This document shows, piece by piece, positions 36,247 to 42,501 of a stretch of DNA of 42,501 nt. Origin of the DNA: Octopus bimaculoides (lineage: Eukaryota); NCBI RefSeq assembly GCF_001194135.2, contig NC_068983.1:163384183-163426683 (forward strand), written 5' to 3'. The notes below the pieces were generated by a model. The model did not search any database, had not been told where the DNA came from, and was given only the letters and a program-made list of their open reading frames with translations. Numbering within the stretch: position 1 is the stretch's first letter; every line of letters begins with the position of its first letter. Position numbers and translations under genes: made by a program.

Positions 36247-36429
36247 GAGCTTTTGGCACAAGGCCAGCAATTTCGAAGGGAGGTTCTAGTCGATTACATC
36301 GGTCCTTCTACCTGATTAGTTCTTCTTCTATCGACCTCGCCGGAATTTGAACTCAGACTGTAAAAAGTCAGACGAAATGCTGTTGAGCATTTTGTTCGAC
36401 GTGCTAACAAGTCAGCCGATTCGCCGACC
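36247..36429 (-). mobile_element. SINE family B
   Basis: Minus strand: GTTAGCACGTCGAACAAAATGCTCAACAGCATTTCGTC..GAGTTCAAATTCCGGCGAGGTCGA..GATGTAATCGACT..GGCCTTGTGCC. Confidence 0.8.
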
Positions 36430-38373
36430 ATACTATTTTCTTGCATGACAAGAACAATGTATAGGGAGGGAGGAGAAAATCAATTATGTTGATCCCTGCA
36501 CTTGACTGCTTCGTTATTTTATTACCCCAAGCAAGATGTAACGCAAAGTTACTTTCGTTGATATTCCTTTATCATTAAAAATCAAAATATTGAAAAAAAA
36601 ATGTAATTAGAACACATTTATTGAAATGCTGAGATTGCAGCAATATCAATGTTAACGATTTGTGAGATAAATAGTTTCGCTATGAATGTAATTGTTTGTA
36701 ATAGAATAAATAAGATACACAGTGCGTGTATTAGAACATCTTCACATGCAAATAAATTGATCAATATTGAACAAGGAATGGATAGATATTTCCTTAACAT
36801 CACAGTGTTATCTTGTCAATTGTAAACAGATATGAACACGTCTCCACTTGTAACTTCTTCACAAATTGCTTTATAAAATAAATCAAATAAATCACTGAAT
36901 GTTAAACAATTTAATAAGGCTTACGGTGGACAAGTACTCTTCACTTCATAATGCATTTAAGTTGTCGAGAAGAAAACGTCATGTCCAAGTGTCATGTTTC
37001 ATTTAGGTAATCTGTCTTTCATAGACATCATGATCATCAAATTACTCTCAATTCGAATCTGCTCTTGAAGCATTTACAAAACACTGATATATTTCTGGAG
37101 GCAAGTCAATGCAGATCATGTTTCCATCAACAAATAAACTGGATTGAACTACAATACACACAAACCTTAGCCCTTTTTATAATAAGTTGCCTGGAACCGG
37201 CTCTCGTTCTTTCACTTTTAAAGTGAATAAAATAAATAACTTTCAGCAGAATTTCCTATGAATTTATTTTCCGAACACATGTTAATAAGGACTAAGTTAC
37301 ATAATATATTGTTCATTATTCAAAAAACAAAAAAAAAAAAAGAAACAAACAAACTGAAAGTCAAGGTATTTCATCAGAAATATGGTAACAAAAATGATTG
37401 ACAAGTAACTCCGGCATCACGATTAGTCTAAAGGAAGTTATGTTTTATCTTACATTCTTCACAGCTGTTGTTTTCCTGAAATTATTCCGTCAGATTGTAG
37501 CTGTTATTATGAATAAACACTACGTATTTTATTTTGAAAGCTGCTTACGAATTTCTTAATTTAGACTCTACGAATAACATATATTGAAAATAACATATTT
37601 AAATCGACATATTTATATTGAAAATAACATGTTTAAATTGGTTTTCTTGAGTAGATTTAGTGTTAATATTGTTGAATCAACGTCGGTGGTAACTATACAA
37701 TCTGTGACAAACATGTCTGGGATGGTATAGTTTGTCCTGGCTCTAGACAGGGATCTATTTAAATGAGAGTTCAAACATTCCCACAAAGTCTTATATAGCA
37801 ATAAAGAAACTTACATGGAATATTTATCATTGTTATGGTGTTCATCTTGTCGATACGCTAGATTAACAATGAAAATGAATACAATAACAGTTGGATTCAC
37901 CGACCCTTGTCTTGGACACAGGAAGCGGTTTGTGTTGTTATTACACCAATTTTCTAACATGACACTATAATAAGAAATATTATACGTTTCTGTATTTTAA
38001 GCCGACTGTAACCTTTCGGATACTTGTCAAGTCTTATAATATATAAAAGATATTCAAGAAATAGAATACTTTTAATTAAATTTCTCTTTATATAATTAAA
38101 TTAATAATTGCTCTAAGTTTATGTAATTCTATTGTCCTGACTGTAGGTAATACTCTGATCAGCGTTAATCTTTTCTGACCATTTCTATTTAAATCTTTTT
38201 AGCTAAAGTTCTTAATCGTATCTATTATTGATTTCTTACAGATGTATAGCATTTCAAAATTATTGAACTTGGCAAACGTATTATATGTCGTCTGTTCCTA
38301 TCTCGAGCTACCAGTAGCCAGTATGAAAGTGCAGCAAACTACAATCCGAACCATATAACGATTTTATTGCGTA

Positions 38374-38870
38374 ATGGCGCATGACACAGTGGTTAGGGTG
38401 TTGCAATCACAATCTAACGACCGTGAGTTCGATCCCCGGACCGAGAGACGCGTTCTGTTTTTGAGCAAAACACTTCAGTTCACGTTGCTCTAGTCCAGTG
38501 CTCCGCAATCGGTATGCCGTGGCACACTGGAGTGCCACGAAATGATGCTCGGTGTGCTGCAGTGTAACCTGAATATAATTTTCCCCCTATGCATTTAGTT
38601 ATATTATTAGTTCAGGTGTGCCACCCAATTTTGAAAAAAAAAAGAAAAAGTATACCGCAAGTAGAAAAAGGTTGGAGAACACTGCTCCAACCCAGTGAGC
38701 TGTACACGGGTGACCCTATGACGGACTGGATTTTTCTTATGTTTGGGGGTGGGGATTTTGGCCCTCTCGCCTTGCCAGCGGGATGGCATCATTGAAAGAC
38801 AAAAACGATGCTAAGCGCATTGTGAACATCTATGTATGACAGAATCCAGTAATCACGTGATTACATTCGA
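38374..38870 (+). mobile_element. SINE with family C head and a different tail
   Basis: GGCGCATGACACAGTGGTTAG (A box), GAGTTCGATCCCCGGACCG (B box), TTGAGCAAAACACTT..TTCACGTTGCTC; 3' boundary uncertain. Confidence 0.7.
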
Positions 38871-39593
38871 CATATATCATACGTTTTGTCAAAAGTACAG
38901 TTGTAGCTATTTAGGAATAGCTTACCATATAACTGTGACTAATGATGGTTAATTACATATTTCTCATATTTTCTTTGGCCATTTCTCAGACTTTCTAGCG
39001 GCTGTTTTATATTTAAGATGACTTATGTTCTTAAAGTGATTGGATACTTTCAACTGGATCATCGCAGCACAGGGATGATGGAGATGAAAAACAAAATGAT
39101 GGTGAGCCTGAAGAAAAATAGTCCGAGAAAGAACGAACCAGAATAACACAAATATCGACATTAGCATGCACGCTCTAGGCCACCACACGCACACACGTAC
39201 ACACACGCACACACACGCACACACACACACACACACACACATACACACACACACACGCACACACACACACACACATACACACACACAACAAATGTAAAAC
39301 AATAAAACACAGCTACTCACAAGAAGACAGAGAAATAAAGTGAAGAGGGCAAAGGTTTCGGAAAGATGTCGATTATTTCAGTGAATTTTTTCAGAAATTT
39401 CCCATAGAATCATACAAGAAACAAGTTGGTTCCTACTTAAATACAAATAGAATTTTAACGATTTGTTTCTTTAGTTTAAGCTTTATGTGTTGTCATCCTG
39501 TTTATTTTTTAAAAAAGCTTTCTGTAACAGAATTAATACCTCTCTCCTAAAGAACCATATTACATGGCTGGATTTATGTGCTAATAGCTTCAG

Positions 39594-39594
<1 letters not shown>

Positions 39595-39658
<64 letters not shown>

Positions 39659-39726
39659 TGATGATGATGATGAGGAGGAGGAGGACGATGATGATTATGA
39701 GGATGATGATGATGATGATAATAATA
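39595..39726. repeat. (AAT)n-(GAT)n-(GAG)n microsatellite
   Basis: Directly visible. Confidence 0.95.
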
Positions 39727-39769
39727 TGGACGCTTTGCAACAAGTATGGACTTGACAGAGCAAGGAGTT
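39721..39769 (+). mobile_element. Tiny REL-LINE (R4/Dong-like) fragment
   Basis: Reads IIWTLCNKYGLDRARS, matching the HWxLCxKYGL motif also seen at about 35640; abuts AAT-type repeats. Confidence 0.55.
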
Positions 39770-40668
39770 AGATGGCCTGATGTTAAGGGGGATGCTTGTT
39801 TCGAATGGTGCAGAGTTCTGTTGCCAGACATAGGGTCTTCCAGCAGCCACCCTGGTGACCCAGAGCAGTACTACCCCCTCCAGGCACATGATGTAGGCTT
39901 CCGTGTTGATTCTGACGATGTGTGGGAAGATGAATGGAGGCATAACTTCACCATCACAAGCGGTCCTTGCAAACGCCATATTGTTGACTGGATGTTAGAT
40001 GTTTATCACTCTCAGTACATGCACTGTCCTCAGATTGACACCCAAACACTCTGAAATGTTCGTATTGGAGCCTTNNNNNNNNNNNNNNNNNNNNNNNNNN
40101 NNNNNNNNNNNNNNNNNNNNNNNNNNNNNNNNNNNNNNNNNNNNNNNNNNNNNNNNNNNNNNNNNNNNNNNNNNNNNNNNNNNNNNNNNNNNNNNNNNNN
40201 NNNNNNNNNNNNNNNNNNNNNNNNNNNNNNNNNNNNNNNNNNNNNNNNNNNNNNNNNNNNNNNNNNNNNNNNNNNNNNNNNNNNNNNNNNNNNNNNNNNN
40301 NNNNNNNNNNNNNNNNNNNNNNNNNNNNNNNNNNNNNNNNNNNNNNNNNNNNNNNNNNNNNNNNNNNNNNNNNNNNNNNNNNNNNNNNNNNNNNNNNNNN
40401 NNGTTTATCACTCTCAGTACATGCACTGTCCTCAGATTGACACCCAAACACTCTGAAATGTTCGTATTGGAGCCTTCAGCGCGAATGCCATGCCGTACAG
40501 CTTGTCGTTTCCAAATTTTGGGCAGAGTGAATTGCGCCATGTTGCTGATTTTCTTACCGCCAGTGCCCAACTAACCCTACTATACTATATAGTCGACAAA
40601 ATCAGAAACAAACAATGCACATGCCTGAAATAAAAAATATCAAAGGGCCACAAAGTACTCATCGCAGC

Positions 40669-40671
<3 letters not shown>
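39764..40671 (-). mobile_element. Internally deleted Tc1/mariner-superfamily DNA transposon
   Basis: N-terminus MAQFTLPKIWKRQAV..NISECLGVNLRTV joined to a catalytic-domain piece HPVNNMAF..DGEVMPPFIFPH..YIMCLEGVVLLWVTRVAAGRPYVWQQNSAP..LNIRPSNS (decayed QQDxAPxH and WPPxSPD); 5' end abuts TA at 40672; 3' end missing. Confidence 0.9.
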
Positions 40672-40728
<57 letters not shown>

Positions 40729-40896
40729 CCAGCTTCACATAACATTTCTCATCAATGTGTGTGCGTGTGGGTGTGTGAATGTGTGTGCGTGTGTGTATTT
40801 TGGTATTTTTTGTTGAAAAACAACAAAACATTTTTTGACCCTGCGACTCAATACGTTAAGTAAAATGAAAATCTGTCGATAATATTGATCTGACTG

Positions 40897-41102
40897 AAGG
40901 CAGAGAGGATAGTGGTTCATTAGGACATCGGACAAAATGCCTATCGGCATTTCTTCCGGTTTTACGCTCGGAGTCGAAAGTCCTATGCAGTCAACTGTGC
41001 CTTTCACCCTCTCAGAGCCTATAAAATACTTAGCAGTTCAGTCCAGGCGCAGATCTAATCGACTGAGCCCTCTTTGCAAATATTTCAGGCCTTGCTCCTA
41101 TA
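40897..41102 (+). mobile_element. SINE family B, diverged near-full copy
   Basis: GGACAAAATGCCTATCGGCATTTCTTCCGG..GTCAACTGTGCCTTTCACCCT..ATCTAATCGACT..TTTCAGGCCTTG; similar to the 23450 and 36247 copies. Confidence 0.7.
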
Positions 41103-41493
41103 TCTTTTTTATCTTTTTATTTGCTCCAGTCATTTGATAGCGGCCATACTGGAGCACTGCCTTGAAGGGTGTTACTCGAACAAATCGACTCCAGGAGTTA
41201 GTTCTTTAAAACCTAGTACTTATACTATCGTACGCTTTTGCCGAACTGCTAAGCTACGGAGACGTAAACACACCGACACCAGTTGTCAAGTGATGGCGGT
41301 GGGACAAACACAGATACTAACACATAGATATATGCAACGGGCTTCTTTCAGTTTCCGTCTACCAAATCCACTAGCAAGGCTTTGGTCGACACTAAACTAT
41401 AATAGAAGACACACAAGGTGCCGCGCTGTGGGACTAAACCTGGAACCATGTGATTAAGAAGCAAGCTTCTTACCACACAGCTACGCCTGCGCC
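41101..41493 (-). mobile_element. SINE family A, full length
   Basis: Minus strand: GGCGCAGGCGTAGCTGTGTGGTAAGAAGC (A box), GGTTTAGTCCC (B box), CORE-like region, short internal repeat, tail AAGGCAGTGCTCCAGTATGGCCGC. Confidence 0.92.
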
Positions 41494-41659
41494 TAGTAGT
41501 AATAGGAAGATATAGTAGAAAGTAAAAAATAATGCTCTAACTGGGATTTAAGCCGTTAAAGATAACACTTGATGTTCCAATGAAATCAATAGGATTTCGA
41601 AATATGAGAGGTTGGTAAGACTATTTTTCAATTTTCTCTTCCTCTCTGCGTATCTGTAG

Positions 41660-41763
41660 CTTTTCTTGTAGAAAACTTTTATACAATTCTCACAACAGAT
41701 ACTTCGTGCCAGAATCCTATTTTACGCCAAAGTATTTTCGCTAAAATTCCAGCATTCACAGAC
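41660..41763 (+). CDS. Candidate internal exon, product unknown
   Basis: Long polypyrimidine tract plus TGTAG acceptor (alternative AG at 41670-41671), GTATGT donor, open frame FLVENFYTILTTDTSCQNPILRQSIFAKIPAFTD; no homology recognised. Confidence 0.3.
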
Positions 41764-42245
41764 GTATGTTGTTCGATACTTGTGATACTTGAATAATTCT
41801 ACAAACATAACCCAGCCACACACCGTTAGTGATGGCCTCGCTTGGTTACATATTAAGAATTTTCTGTTGTTAAATGGATTAATACATTTGTTCCACTGTT
41901 GAACAACAATTCACTGTAGCATACGTCGAAAATATTTCTGATACTCACACCACTCAAGTAGTAATAATTAATTGCTTAACTTATGACAGACTATATTATT
42001 ACTTCAACTCGAGTCTATTAATTCTCAGTTATAGGCGTGCAACACATATATGCTCACTATGAGGTACCAGTCAAATATTTTATATATTTATTTCGAGCAG
42101 AGAGTAAAGGCATTCTAGCAAGTATCATTAGATGTTATGTTCAATTTCTAGTTATGAGGTTTGTAGGTTTTGCTACAAGTGTCTCCTCAATTTTTATTTT
42201 CTTCCTTCAGAAAGCACGCGAATGCTATATCTTTAACTTTTTAAA

Positions 42246-42501
42246 TCTTTTACTTGCTTCAGTCGTAAGACGGCGGCCATGCTGGAGTATCACCATCACC
42301 CTAAAGGATTTTAGTCGTACGAATCGACCTCAAAGACCTTTTTTCCCCTTAATCCCTGGTACATATTCTATCGGTCTCTTTGGACGAACCGCTACTTTGC
42401 GAGGACGTAAACACATCAACACAATTGTCAAGTGCTGGTGCGTGAAACACACACACCACACACGCACAAAAACACACACACATACATATATGCATATATA
42501 T
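42246..42501 (-). mobile_element. SINE family A, 3' part, continues off the window
   Basis: CTTTTACTTGCTTCAGTC..GCGGCCATGCTGGAG..TATTCTATCGGTCTCTTT..TGTCAAG followed by (CA)n. Confidence 0.85.

Noticed and set aside
36925-37095. Minus-strand exon with CCTCCAG acceptor and GTAAGC donor
   Set aside because: Stops in all three frames; could only be non-coding.

Overview
AT-rich, repeat-dense eukaryotic genomic DNA from a gapped draft assembly (14 N-runs, about 5.6 kb, most flanked by microsatellites). The SINE and transposon families look like those of Octopus (coleoid cephalopod); this is inference from recognition, not a database search. No intact, identifiable protein-coding gene is present; a few splice-flanked candidate exons are listed at low confidence. 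Most interpretable sequence is mobile DNA: three tRNA-type SINE families, several restriction-like-endonuclease (REL) LINE fragments tied to (AAT)n or (TACA)n repeats, an L1/Tx1-type element whose ORF1 is joined in frame to the ORF2 C-terminus, an internally deleted Tc1/mariner, and two fold-back/MITE-like elements. The most interesting signal is a set of short Penelope-like terminal repeats carrying minimal type I hammerhead ribozyme motifs from four apparent families, two of which show a U3-A8 core in place of the usual C3-G8. All alignments were done by eye, so boundaries are approximate.
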